A stretch of DNA of 58,352 nucleotides from Candidatus Kerfeldbacteria bacterium (GCA_018500015.2 JAHBAR020000015.1:1-58352); one strand, 5' to 3'; shown: positions 42,914-51,482, numbered from the stretch's first letter. Numbers and translations: made by a program. Notes: generated by a model from the sequence alone, not told the origin.

Positions 42914-42961
42914 AAACTATATATAGTTATGTATCCATCTATATACTACTATATATAGTGT
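42914..42961. promoter_or_regulatory. Pair of NrdR boxes upstream of nrdJ
   Basis: aaactatatatagtta (42914-42929) and ctactatatatagtgt (42946-42961). Their centres are 32 bp apart, the tandem spacing characteristic of NrdR operators. The proximal box lies about 40 bp upstream of the nrdJ ATG. Confidence 0.8.
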
Positions 42962-42997
42962 ACAACCGGATCTAAATATTATTACACTACCACGAAT

Positions 42998-45343
42998 ATG
43001 GCAGTTGACCTTACTGGCCTTCGTCAAAAAGTTTTTTTTGATCGCTATGCGCTCAAAGATGAAAATGGCAAACGTGTTGAAGACACTCCAGAGGAGATGT
43101 GGCATCGCGTTGCTCGCGGAATAGCGCAGATCGAAAAAACTCCAGCAAAGAAACAAGAGTGGGAAGAGAAGTTCTACGATGCTCTCTACAATTTTAAATT
43201 TGTCCCAGGTGGTCGTATTCTTGCTGGCGCAGGTTCGGGTGTTGAACTTACATTCTATAATTGCTACGTGATCCCGTCTCCGGAAGATAGCCGTCAGGGC
43301 ATTTTTGAATCTGTTCGTACTATGGTTGAAATCATGTCTCGTGGCGGCGGTGTCGGTGTCAACATCACCTCACTGCGTCCTCGTGGTGCGTACGTGAAAG
43401 GTGTGAACGGCACAGCATCTGGTGCTGTATCATTTGGTGGCCTCTACTCATTTGCAACCGGCTTGATCATTCAAGGTGGTTCACGTCGTGGCGCCCTCAT
43501 GCTCATGCTCAATGACGATCATCCAGATATTGAAGAGTTCATCACAGTCAAACGCACAATGGGTTTGATCACCAACGCGAATCTTTCCGTATGTGTTTCA
43601 GATCGCTTCATGGAAGCTGTTGAAAAAGATGGTGACTGGGACTTGCAATGGGGCGGAAAAGTGTATCGCACCATTAAAGCTCGTAAGCTTTGGGATTTGA
43701 TTTGCGAATCTGCGCATGCTTCAGGTGAGCCGGGCTTGGTATTTATGGAGCGCTACAATAAAGAGTCCAACTCGTGGTATTTTGAAAATATCATCTCTGT
43801 AAATCCTTGTGGTGAACAAGGTCTCCCAGCGTGGGGTGTGTGTAACTTAGGCGCAATCAACCTTGCTGCATTTGTCTCCAACAAGACGTTAGATCGCGAA
43901 GGACTCAAAGAAACTGTTCGTACTTCAATTCGTTTCCTCGACAACGTAGTTGATTCAACCCCATACTTTTTCAAAGAAAACGAAAAAGCGCAGATGAAAA
44001 TTCGCCGCACAGGCCTTGGCACAATGGGTCTTGCTGACGCGCTCATCAAAATGGAATTGACCTACGGTTCTGATGAAGCAATCGCATGGTGCGAAGAGGT
44101 CTATCAACTCATTCGCGACGAAGCGTATCGTATGTCGATGGAAATTGCCAAAGAGAAAGGTCCGTTCCCAGCATTCGACTCTGAAAAATTCATGCAAGGT
44201 AAATTCATTCAACGCTTGCCGGGTGATTTACAAAAAGAAATCGCAAAATACGGTGTGCGCAACGGCGTGATTTTGACTCAGGCACCAACAGGCACCACAA
44301 GCTTGCTCTCGGGTGTCAGCTCTGGCATCGAACCTGTCTACGACTTTGCGTTCAAACGTAAAGATCGTTTGGGTGAGCACATCGTTTACCATCCATTATT
44401 CGAAGAGTGGAAAAAAGCAAACCCAGAAAAATCTGACGATCAGAAGCCGGCATACTTTACCTCTGCAAAAGAGTTGTCTCCAATGGGGCATGTAAAGATG
44501 CAAGCTGTTGCACAGAAGTATACTGACTCTTCTATTTCAAAAACTGTCAACGCTCCAAATGAGCACACCATGAAAGAGGTGCAAGAGCTCTACATGCAGG
44601 CGTACAAACTCGGTTGCAAAGGCGTGACATACTATCGTGATGGTTCTCGCGACATCTCTGTACTTGAGTCGCTCGACAGCAAAGGCAAGGATAAGAAAGC
44701 AGAAGCAACAGCTCCAGCACAAGCTGCAGGCACGTTGCCTCCAGCACCTCGTATGCGCCCTGACGCTGTTCCGGGGATGACGTACAAAATCAAGACCGGC
44801 TACGGTACGATGTATGTTACCATCAATCACGACGATCAAGGCCAACCGTTTGAGGTGTTTGCAACAATCGGGAAAGCCGGCGGCTTCTTCGCTGAAGAGT
44901 CTGAAGCAATCTGCCGACTTGTCTCTCTCTCACTCCGCTCCGGCATCGCTGTCGAAACCGTTATCGAACAGATCCGTGGTATCCGTGGCCCAATGCCATC
45001 ATGGGGCAAGAACGGCCAGATTCTCTCCGTGCCAGACGCAATCGCTCAGGTGCTTGCAGAACACATGAAGTCCACTCAAGGTAAACTCAGTTTGCAGTTC
45101 GGGGAATCTTCAATGCAATCTCAGCTCCAAGCAGGTTCAACAGAGGTGCTGATTAAGACAGAGCAGACTGAGAAAGTGACTGTCGAAACACATACGACCG
45201 TTCCAACTCCGTCAAAAAAAGCATCTTCAATGTCAATTGCTGACATTGGCGTTGCTCCTGGATGTCCAGATTGCGGCTCAATGCTCGCGATGGCAGAAGG
45301 GTGTATGATGTGTCACTCCTGCGGCTATTCCAAATGCTCATAG
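42998..45343 (+). CDS. nrdJ: Adenosylcobalamin-dependent ribonucleoside-triphosphate/diphosphate reductase (class II)
   Basis: FDRYALKDENG, FVPGGRIL, NCYV, SRGGGVGVN, NPCGEQ (catalytic Cys) and TISKTVN. A C-terminal Cys-rich tail reads CPDCGSMLAMAEGCMMCHSCGYSKC. Confidence 0.92.
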   Translation: MAVDLTGLRQKVFFDRYALKDENGKRVEDTPEEMWHRVARGIAQIEKTPAKKQEWEEKFYDALYNFKFVPGGRILAGAGSGVELTFYNCYVIPSPEDSRQGIFESVRTMVEIMSRGGGVGVNITSLRPRGAYVKGVNGTASGAVSFGGLYSFATGLIIQGGSRRGALMLMLNDDHPDIEEFITVKRTMGLITNANLSVCVSDRFMEAVEKDGDWDLQWGGKVYRTIKARKLWDLICESAHASGEPGLVFMERYNKESNSWYFENIISVNPCGEQGLPAWGVCNLGAINLAAFVSNKTLDREGLKETVRTSIRFLDNVVDSTPYFFKENEKAQMKIRRTGLGTMGLADALIKMELTYGSDEAIAWCEEVYQLIRDEAYRMSMEIAKEKGPFPAFDSEKFMQGKFIQRLPGDLQKEIAKYGVRNGVILTQAPTGTTSLLSGVSSGIEPVYDFAFKRKDRLGEHIVYHPLFEEWKKANPEKSDDQKPAYFTSAKELSPMGHVKMQAVAQKYTDSSISKTVNAPNEHTMKEVQELYMQAYKLGCKGVTYYRDGSRDISVLESLDSKGKDKKAEATAPAQAAGTLPPAPRMRPDAVPGMTYKIKTGYGTMYVTINHDDQGQPFEVFATIGKAGGFFAEESEAICRLVSLSLRSGIAVETVIEQIRGIRGPMPSWGKNGQILSVPDAIAQVLAEHMKSTQGKLSLQFGESSMQSQLQAGSTEVLIKTEQTEKVTVETHTTVPTPSKKASSMSIADIGVAPGCPDCGSMLAMAEGCMMCHSCGYSKCS

Positions 45344-45371
45344 TCGTAAATCATTCTCTGGTTTTTAAGGA

Positions 45372-45396
45372 AGAGCCTCGAAAAAACGAGGCTCTT
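45372..45396 (+). terminator. Terminator-like hairpin after nrdJ
   Basis: Hairpin agagcctcg-aaaaaa-cgaggctct followed by ttaatatt. Confidence 0.6.
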
Positions 45397-45403
45397 TAAT
45401 ATT

Positions 45404-45493
45404 CACGCGGGTCCTGCCGCACTACGCACCCCGTCCGTACTCGTCGCAAGCGACTCCGTGCGGCCAGGGTCCCTGCTCCGGCGTCACCCGCTG
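45404..45493 (-). repeat. Family D structured repeat, copy D3 (inverted orientation)
   Basis: The reverse complement matches D1 except for the central mini-hairpin and one stem position. Confidence 0.9.
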
Positions 45494-45505
45494 CGCATCT
45501 GTGAA

Positions 45506-45621
45506 GTGAGCGGGTGGCACCGATGCGGGTTCCCTAGACGAAGCGCAGCCTCACGTCAGCATGCCAATGACGTGAAGGCGAGCACGGCTAGGGAAGCATC
45601 GGTGACAGGACCCGCCATCAC
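45506..45621. other. Single-copy GC-rich long hairpin (element G)
   Basis: caccgatgc/gcatcggtg, ccctag/ctaggg and cacgtca/tgacgtg form nested stems. It lies between D3 and the downstream membrane-protein gene. Confidence 0.7.
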
Positions 45622-45673
45622 TTTGACACTCCTTGAAAAAAATGAGAGTATAGCTAAGAAATATAATGCTTTT

Positions 45674-46243
45674 ATGAATATCACTTTTTCACGTAAGACT
45701 ATCATTACCGCAATACTTTTGGTTAGTTTCGGGGTTATTGGACGCATGCTCACCGAAGATATGCCAAATATCGAAACGGTCACTGTCGCCACCGTTCTTG
45801 CCGCAGCTTTGCTCGGTGGACCTTGGGGGGCAATTGTTGGCCTCGTCACTGTTGCAGCATCTGATATCATCATCGGCAATACCAACATCTTGCTCTATAC
45901 ATGGAGTGGTTGGGTCATCGTCGGCGCTGTTGCGCTCATCGTGCGTTATCGTGGGCAACATCTTCCAAAAGCGTTACTGCAACTTACTGGAGCGGGTTTG
46001 CTCGGTAACGTTGCGTTCTTTGTGTGGACAAACTTTGGTGTGTGGCACATCGGCGAACTGTATCCGCATACATTTACAGGGTTGGTTGATTGCTACATTG
46101 CAGCAATTCCTTTCTTTCGTACACAACTATTGAGCACGTTGATTTTCGTCCCAACAATTTCTACCATCGCCCTTGCGCTCTGGAACCGTTCAGCAGTGTT
46201 AGCACCTCAAGCCTCTACCGCTGCATATGCAGGGAAGAGATAA
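45674..46243 (+). CDS. Polytopic membrane protein, ECF-transporter S-component-like (tentative)
   Basis: Start moved to ATG 45674 because the track ORF reads through D3 and element G. It has about 5-6 TM helices and small size. The family call is weak and based only on topology and context. Confidence 0.55.
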   Translation: MNITFSRKTIITAILLVSFGVIGRMLTEDMPNIETVTVATVLAAALLGGPWGAIVGLVTVAASDIIIGNTNILLYTWSGWVIVGAVALIVRYRGQHLPKALLQLTGAGLLGNVAFFVWTNFGVWHIGELYPHTFTGLVDCYIAAIPFFRTQLLSTLIFVPTISTIALALWNRSAVLAPQASTAAYAGKR

Positions 46244-46520
46244 TCAGATCAATGACACACTGAGCTTGGAGGAGCAGAATCATTTGCTCTTGCAAGAGAC
46301 ATTGAAAATTGTTCGTAAATTGCATCGCATCCACATGATACAAATGATCTGTACACTTGTATTCGTTGTTCTGCCAATTGTTGCAAGTATTGCATTCTTG
46401 CCAAGCATGCTGCGTTCGTTGTCTGCGGCAATCGAAAACGTTACGAATCCGCAAACGAGCGCAGAGCAGCAAGATCAACTCAACTCATTGCTTAATCAAA
46501 TTCAAGGTTTTCAAAAATAA
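46227..46520 (+). CDS. Hypothetical small single-TM protein
   Basis: An ORF with one hydrophobic helix (ICTLVFVVLPIVASIAFLP). It overlaps the upstream gene by 17 nt. Confidence 0.4.
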   Translation: MQGRDNQINDTLSLEEQNHLLLQETLKIVRKLHRIHMIQMICTLVFVVLPIVASIAFLPSMLRSLSAAIENVTNPQTSAEQQDQLNSLLNQIQGFQK

Positions 46521-46521
46521 T

Positions 46522-46791
46522 ATGGAGATGAAAGTTACAATGGACACCATTCTTGGCGAGCTCCTCGAAGAGTATCCTGACACGGAATTTGTTCTCAAAA
46601 AATATTTGGGTGAAGCATATTGTTTATCATGTCCGGGAAAAATGTTTGACACCGTTGGGAATGGTGCCATGCTTCATGGCATGAGCGACGAAGAGTCTGC
46701 AAACATGCTTGTCGATTTGCAAGAGTGCGTTGATCAGTATGAAAAACAAAGAGAAGGGCAGGTGCCTGCATCTCATCCCGCAGACGAGTAG
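46522..46791 (+). CDS. DUF1858-like / hybrid-cluster-protein-associated redox disulfide domain protein
   Basis: TILGELLEEYPDTEFVLKKYLGEAYCLSCPG...GNGAMLHGMS... The start is at ATG 46522. Confidence 0.6.
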   Translation: MEMKVTMDTILGELLEEYPDTEFVLKKYLGEAYCLSCPGKMFDTVGNGAMLHGMSDEESANMLVDLQECVDQYEKQREGQVPASHPADE

Positions 46792-46874
46792 ATATTCAAC
46801 TATTAAGCATAGTTGACTTAAAAATATACACAGGAGTATACTGAGTAAAATTTTAGATATATACACTAAAAGAT

Positions 46875-47993
46875 ATGTCACCAAAAAATCTACTTGCGTT
46901 TGCCGTAATTGTTTCGTTTGTTGCTGGCAGTGTTGGCGGCATGATGAGCGGGGTTGTCGCTACAACAGCTTTTTTAAAGCACAATAGTGGTATTGTCGCA
47001 ACGAACAATCCAACACAGACTACTCAGCTCGTTGTGGAAGAAGAGTCTAGTACTACTCAGGTTGTGAAAGATGCAGAAAAATCCATTGTTTCAGTTATTA
47101 TTAGCAAAGATGTTTCCGCAGTGCAGCAGGAAGTCGAAATTTGCAGCGGCACAGGGTTTGTGATTTCTGAAGATGGCATGATTCTCACGAATAAGCATGT
47201 GATCTGTGATGATTTAGCGAGGTATTCAGTGTCATTCTCAGACGGTGCCACGCATGAGGCAACAGTGCTTGATACAGATCCGCTTTCTGACATTGCTATT
47301 TTGAAGGTTGATGCAACCGAACTTACTCCTTTCACGCCAATACAACTTGGTGATTCCACAACACTCATACAAGGACAAGCGGTTATTGCCATTGGTAATG
47401 CGCTTGGTGAATTCCAGAACACCGTAACTAAAGGTGTGATTTCTGGTTTAAATCGTGATCTCGGCGGCAATTACACAGATCTTATTCAAACAGATGCAGC
47501 AATTAATGAAGGCAACTCTGGCGGCCCACTGATTGATCTTGAAGGCAATGTTGTTGGCATTAATACGGCAATTCGTCGTGATTCCAACGCTGAAGGTTTG
47601 GGGTTTGCAATTCCAATCAATGAAGCGAAGGTGGCTATTGATAGTATCAAAGCTGAGGGGCATATTGTCCGACCGGCGCTTGGTGTACGTTACCAACCAA
47701 TCAATGCGTATTTTGCACAGCTCAACTCTTTGCCATACAGTTACGGCGCATATATTCATAGTGGAGATCCAAGTCAACCCGCAGTCATTCCTGGTGGCAG
47801 CGCTTACAACGCCGGCATCAAAGATGGAGACATCATTTTGGAAATTGATGGAATACTAGTTGACGAAGATCATCCGCTCGCAAGCACCGTCAAGTCGCAT
47901 GCGCTTGGTGATGTGTTGATCTTGAAGATATACGACGGCACTGCAGAAAAAGATGTGCAAGTGACATTGATTGAGCTTCCATCAGACGAATAA
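46875..47993 (+). CDS. htrA: HtrA/DegP-family serine protease with PDZ domain
   Basis: N-terminal TM anchor, catalytic His (TNKHV), Asp (DIAILKV) and Ser (GNSGGPL), and a C-terminal PDZ domain (GIKDGDIILEIDG). Confidence 0.9.
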   Translation: MSPKNLLAFAVIVSFVAGSVGGMMSGVVATTAFLKHNSGIVATNNPTQTTQLVVEEESSTTQVVKDAEKSIVSVIISKDVSAVQQEVEICSGTGFVISEDGMILTNKHVICDDLARYSVSFSDGATHEATVLDTDPLSDIAILKVDATELTPFTPIQLGDSTTLIQGQAVIAIGNALGEFQNTVTKGVISGLNRDLGGNYTDLIQTDAAINEGNSGGPLIDLEGNVVGINTAIRRDSNAEGLGFAIPINEAKVAIDSIKAEGHIVRPALGVRYQPINAYFAQLNSLPYSYGAYIHSGDPSQPAVIPGGSAYNAGIKDGDIILEIDGILVDEDHPLASTVKSHALGDVLILKIYDGTAEKDVQVTLIELPSDE

Positions 47994-47997
47994 ACAC

Positions 47998-48020
47998 AAG
48001 CGCCACTGAGTGGCGCTTTT
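47998..48020 (+). terminator. Intrinsic terminator after htrA
   Basis: Hairpin aagcgccac-tgag-tggcgctt followed by ttctg. Confidence 0.7.
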
Positions 48021-48050
48021 CTGCATTTTTGGTAGTATGCACGGTACATT

Positions 48051-49139
48051 ATGGACGTTCAAGAGATTCAGGATTTAGAGTCACGCATACAGAGCACCTG
48101 TACGCTTTTGCATATCGCAGACAAGCGTGCAGAAGCTGCCATATTGCAAAAAAAAACAGAGTCACCAGATTTTTGGAACGATCCACATCAAGCTCGCATT
48201 ATTGCGCAAAATGTGAGCGAATTGCAAAAAGAAATTGTCGCGTGGGATGATCTGCTTGCGCGTACTCACGAAGCGCAAGAGTTACTCCAGATGGCACAAA
48301 GTGAGAACGATTCTGGTATGCTTCTTGATATTGAAAAAAATGTTGATCAGCTGCGCAAGCAATTTTCTGAGATGGAATTTTATGTATTGCTTTCTCAGCA
48401 ATATGATCTCAACGATGCGATTGTTTCGATTCACGCAGGTGCAGGTGGTGCCGATGCGCAAGATTGGACCGAGATGTTGTATCGTATGATAACCCGTTTT
48501 GCTGAACGCAAACAGTTTCACATCGAAGTGGTTGATTATTCGCGCGGGCAAGAAGCTGGCGTGAAGAACGCGCTCATTCGTATTCATGGTCGGTATGCGT
48601 ACGGTCATCTGCGTTCTGAACACGGCGTGCATCGCCTCGTGCGTCAATCACCATTCAATGCCGATGCGTTGCGCCAAACATCATTTGCGATGATCGAGGT
48701 GGTTCCAGATTTGGGTGAAGTGTCTGATATCGAAGTTCCAGAGTCGGATTTACGCATCGACGTATTCCGTTCTGGCGGCAAGGGCGGACAATCGGTGAAC
48801 ACTACAGACTCCGCAGTGCGCATTGTTCACATTCCAACCGGTATCACTGTTGTGTGTCAAAATGAAAAATCTCAACATCAAAATAAAGCATCAGCGCTCA
48901 GTATTTTAAAAGGTCGTTTGCTTAAAAAACGTCTCGACGAACAAGATGCGGAGCGTCGTCGCCTTCGTGGCGAACACGTTTCTGCAGAGTGGGGAAGTCA
49001 GATTCGTTCCTATGTGCTTCATCCATACAAAATGGTAAAAGATCATCGTACACATTTTGAAGTCTCTGATCCTGATCGTATCCTTGACGGTGATCTTCAA
49101 GAATTTGTCGAAAGTTACTTGCGTTGGAGCGCCGAATAA
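48051..49139 (+). CDS. prfB: Peptide chain release factor 2, encoded in one frame (no programmed +1 frameshift)
   Basis: SPF tripeptide (RQSPFNA), GGQ (SGGKGGQSVNTTDSAVRIVHIPTGI), and an uninterrupted RF2-like N-terminus from ATG 48051. Confidence 0.92.
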   Translation: MDVQEIQDLESRIQSTCTLLHIADKRAEAAILQKKTESPDFWNDPHQARIIAQNVSELQKEIVAWDDLLARTHEAQELLQMAQSENDSGMLLDIEKNVDQLRKQFSEMEFYVLLSQQYDLNDAIVSIHAGAGGADAQDWTEMLYRMITRFAERKQFHIEVVDYSRGQEAGVKNALIRIHGRYAYGHLRSEHGVHRLVRQSPFNADALRQTSFAMIEVVPDLGEVSDIEVPESDLRIDVFRSGGKGGQSVNTTDSAVRIVHIPTGITVVCQNEKSQHQNKASALSILKGRLLKKRLDEQDAERRRLRGEHVSAEWGSQIRSYVLHPYKMVKDHRTHFEVSDPDRILDGDLQEFVESYLRWSAE

Positions 49140-49153
49140 TTGATACTACGTAT

Positions 49154-50872
49154 ATGAATATACAAGAACTGATTTCTGCTGCTGTGCAGGATGTGTTAAA
49201 GAATTTGGATCTTCCAGCAATAGGTGTTGAGCTCGAACACCCTGCTGACATATCGCACGGTGATTATGCTTCAACTATCGCACTCAAAGTGGCGAAACAA
49301 GCGTGTACGCATCCGCGCGAACTTGCACAACGCATTGTTGATGAGGTGAAAAAAAATATACCATCATGGCTTGAGCGAGTTGAAGTTGCTGGCCCTGGGT
49401 TTATCAACTTCACACTCTCAAGCAGTTTTTTTGCAAGCGCAATAGGTGAGATTGATGAACAGTTTGGTCGCAATCAAAAGCTCGCTGGCAAAAAGGCCAT
49501 TGTTGAATACACCGATCCAAATCCATTTAAAGAGTTGCATATTGGCCACTTGATGAGTAATACGGTTGGTGAGTCGCTTTCGCGCGTCATTGAATGGTCG
49601 GGTGCTGAAACGATGCGCGCATGCTATCAAGGTGATGTTGGTATGCATGTCGCAAAAGCGATATGGGGTTTTCGCAGATTGGGCGAAGATACTATTCCGC
49701 GAGACACTGATGTGTCGACGCAAGTGCGCTATTTAGGCAAAGCATACGCAACTGGCGCAACAGCGTATGAAGAAGGCGGTGAACCAGAAGCACAGATGAA
49801 AGCGTTGAATGCGGCCATCTACAATCGCACTGATGTAGAGATCAATGCACTCTATGATTGGGGTCGTGATGTTAGCTTGCGCTACTTTGAAACCCAGTAC
49901 AAAGCGCTGGGTACATTTCATGATCCAGAGCATAACAAAGCGTTTAATTTTTATTTTTTCGAAAGCAATGTCGGCGTTTTAGGAAGGCAGCTCGTTGAAG
50001 AATTTTTGGCAAAAGGTGTGTTTGAAAAAAGCGATAATGCAGTGGTGTTCCCGGGTGAGAAATACGGTTTGCACACCCGCGTCTTTTTGAATTCCCAAGG
50101 TTTGCCCACATACGAAGCAAAAGAGTTAGGGCTTGCGCATGTGAAGTACGACACGTATCCATACGACATTTCTGTTGTCGTGACTGGTAACGAAATTCGA
50201 GAATATTTTAAAGTATTGATGAAAGCGTTGTCGCTCATTAATCCGACGTTACAAGAAAAAACAGTGCACGTTCCGCATGGTATGTTGCGTCTCACTACAG
50301 GCAAAATGTCGTCGCGCACAGGAAAAGTCGTGACTGCAGAAAGTTTGATTACATCCATTCGAGAGAAGGTCGGACAACACGAAGGAAGAGCTTCAGACGA
50401 AGCTACGCTCAATGACATCGCGGTCGCTGCAATCAAATACGCGGTGCTCAAGCAAGCCGCGGGTAAAGATATTATTTTTGATGCCGAACAGTCTGTATCA
50501 TTTGAAGGGGACTCGGGTCCGTATTTGCAGTATGCGTATGTGCGTTGTCAATCAATTTTACGCAAAGCTGCTGAACAAAATCTTGCGCCATTCACTCAAC
50601 TTCCGGAAGGGTGGACGACCCTTGAGCTCGAACGCATGCTCTATCAATTTCCAGAACTCGTTGAACAAGCGCTTGCAGAATACTCCTCGCACGGCATTGC
50701 AAATTATCTCATCGCTCTCGCTCGCACGTTCAGTTCATGGTATGGAAATACAAAAATTGTCGATGATAAAAATCCACACACACCCTATCGTCTCGCATTG
50801 GTACAAGCAACAGGTCAAGTTATTAAAAATGGCCTTTGGCTTTTGGGTATCAAGACACCTGAAAAAATGTAA
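49154..50872 (+). CDS. argS: Arginine--tRNA ligase
   Basis: The class I HIGH motif (PNPFKELHIGH), an MSSRTG (KMSKS-like) motif, and a DALR anticodon-binding C-terminus. Confidence 0.93.
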   Translation: MNIQELISAAVQDVLKNLDLPAIGVELEHPADISHGDYASTIALKVAKQACTHPRELAQRIVDEVKKNIPSWLERVEVAGPGFINFTLSSSFFASAIGEIDEQFGRNQKLAGKKAIVEYTDPNPFKELHIGHLMSNTVGESLSRVIEWSGAETMRACYQGDVGMHVAKAIWGFRRLGEDTIPRDTDVSTQVRYLGKAYATGATAYEEGGEPEAQMKALNAAIYNRTDVEINALYDWGRDVSLRYFETQYKALGTFHDPEHNKAFNFYFFESNVGVLGRQLVEEFLAKGVFEKSDNAVVFPGEKYGLHTRVFLNSQGLPTYEAKELGLAHVKYDTYPYDISVVVTGNEIREYFKVLMKALSLINPTLQEKTVHVPHGMLRLTTGKMSSRTGKVVTAESLITSIREKVGQHEGRASDEATLNDIAVAAIKYAVLKQAAGKDIIFDAEQSVSFEGDSGPYLQYAYVRCQSILRKAAEQNLAPFTQLPEGWTTLELERMLYQFPELVEQALAEYSSHGIANYLIALARTFSSWYGNTKIVDDKNPHTPYRLALVQATGQVIKNGLWLLGIKTPEKM

Positions 50873-50891
50873 TCCGTAGTATTTCTAGGGC

Positions 50892-50920
50892 TTTACAAAC
50901 TGTTTCCTTTCTAGTATAGT
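50892..50920 (+). promoter_or_regulatory. Promoter TTTACA-N17-TATAGT upstream of tRNA-Tyr
   Basis: Near-consensus boxes about 45 nt upstream of the tRNA 5' end. Confidence 0.55.
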
Positions 50921-50965
50921 CTGAAACCGTGACGGCACGCGCCGCCAGTACTTTATTTATATTGT

Positions 50966-51047
50966 GGGTCGATACCAAAGCGGTCAAATGGGACTGGCTG
51001 TAGACCAGTTGGCTTTGCCTTCGAAGGTTCGAATCCTTCTCGGCCCA
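50966..51047 (+). tRNA. tRNA-Tyr (GTA), long variable arm, CCA not encoded
   Basis: Acceptor GGGTCGA/TCGGCCC, anticodon arm ACTGG-CTGTAGA-CCAGT, variable arm GGC-TTT-GCC, and T arm GAAGG-TTCGAAT-CCTTC. Confidence 0.92.
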
Positions 51048-51230
51048 CGTGCGTTTTTCCTTGAACGCAAAATCTTATGGCTTAAAACGCCGTGGGACGA
51101 AGTTCTGCGCCTGCGCGCAGAATGAGAAGATTCGAAGCTCGGAGCGATACGCGAGTTTGTGCGATAGCACAAGGCGAGCGTCGCGAGAGCCGGGTCGAAG
51201 GCAGTGTTCGTCAGAACATTGACCGGAGAC

Positions 51231-51249
51231 CGAATCCTTCTCGGCCCAC
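51231..51249 (+). repeat. 19-bp direct repeat of the tRNA-Tyr 3' end
   Basis: cgaatccttctcggcccac is identical to 51030-51048. Confidence 0.9.
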
Positions 51250-51482
51250 TCCAGAGATTTTTATTCTGGACGACCTAACCTTAGGGTATCCAGACATCAT
51301 ATGGTGCGCGCAATGCGCAGGTCTGGACCGGAAGGGCGCAGTGAGTCGTACTTTATGGTACGATGAACGAGCGCCTGAAGGGAAGACCAAGCCCGAAGGG
51401 TTACAAAAATGGCAGAGTGCCATGCTCTGCATGGCAGCAGGTCATTTTTGTAACAGTGTGCCACCAGATGACTTCTGGATAT

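Noticed and set aside
45497-45673. Cobalamin riboswitch upstream of the membrane protein that follows nrdJ.
   Set aside because: No B12 box (AGYCMGGAGACCKGCC-like) and no multi-helix junction are recognisable. The region is a D-family repeat plus a simple long hairpin.
48029-48250. Short upstream ORF as frame 0 of a programmed +1 frameshift in prfB.
   Set aside because: Its translation is not RF2-like. The 48051 frame alone encodes a full-length RF2 with no CUU-UGA shift site.
51320-51341. SRP (4.5S) RNA domain IV. ggtctggaccggaagggcgcag matches E. coli GGUCAGGUCCGGAAGGAAGCAG at 18 of 22 positions, including the GGAA tetraloop.
   Set aside because: The substitutions are not compensatory (a U:A pair becomes A-G). 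The flanks do not form the long helix 8 / helix 5 rod. The best local pairing leaves a 9-nt bulge. This is kept only as something a covariance-model scan should confirm or dismiss.
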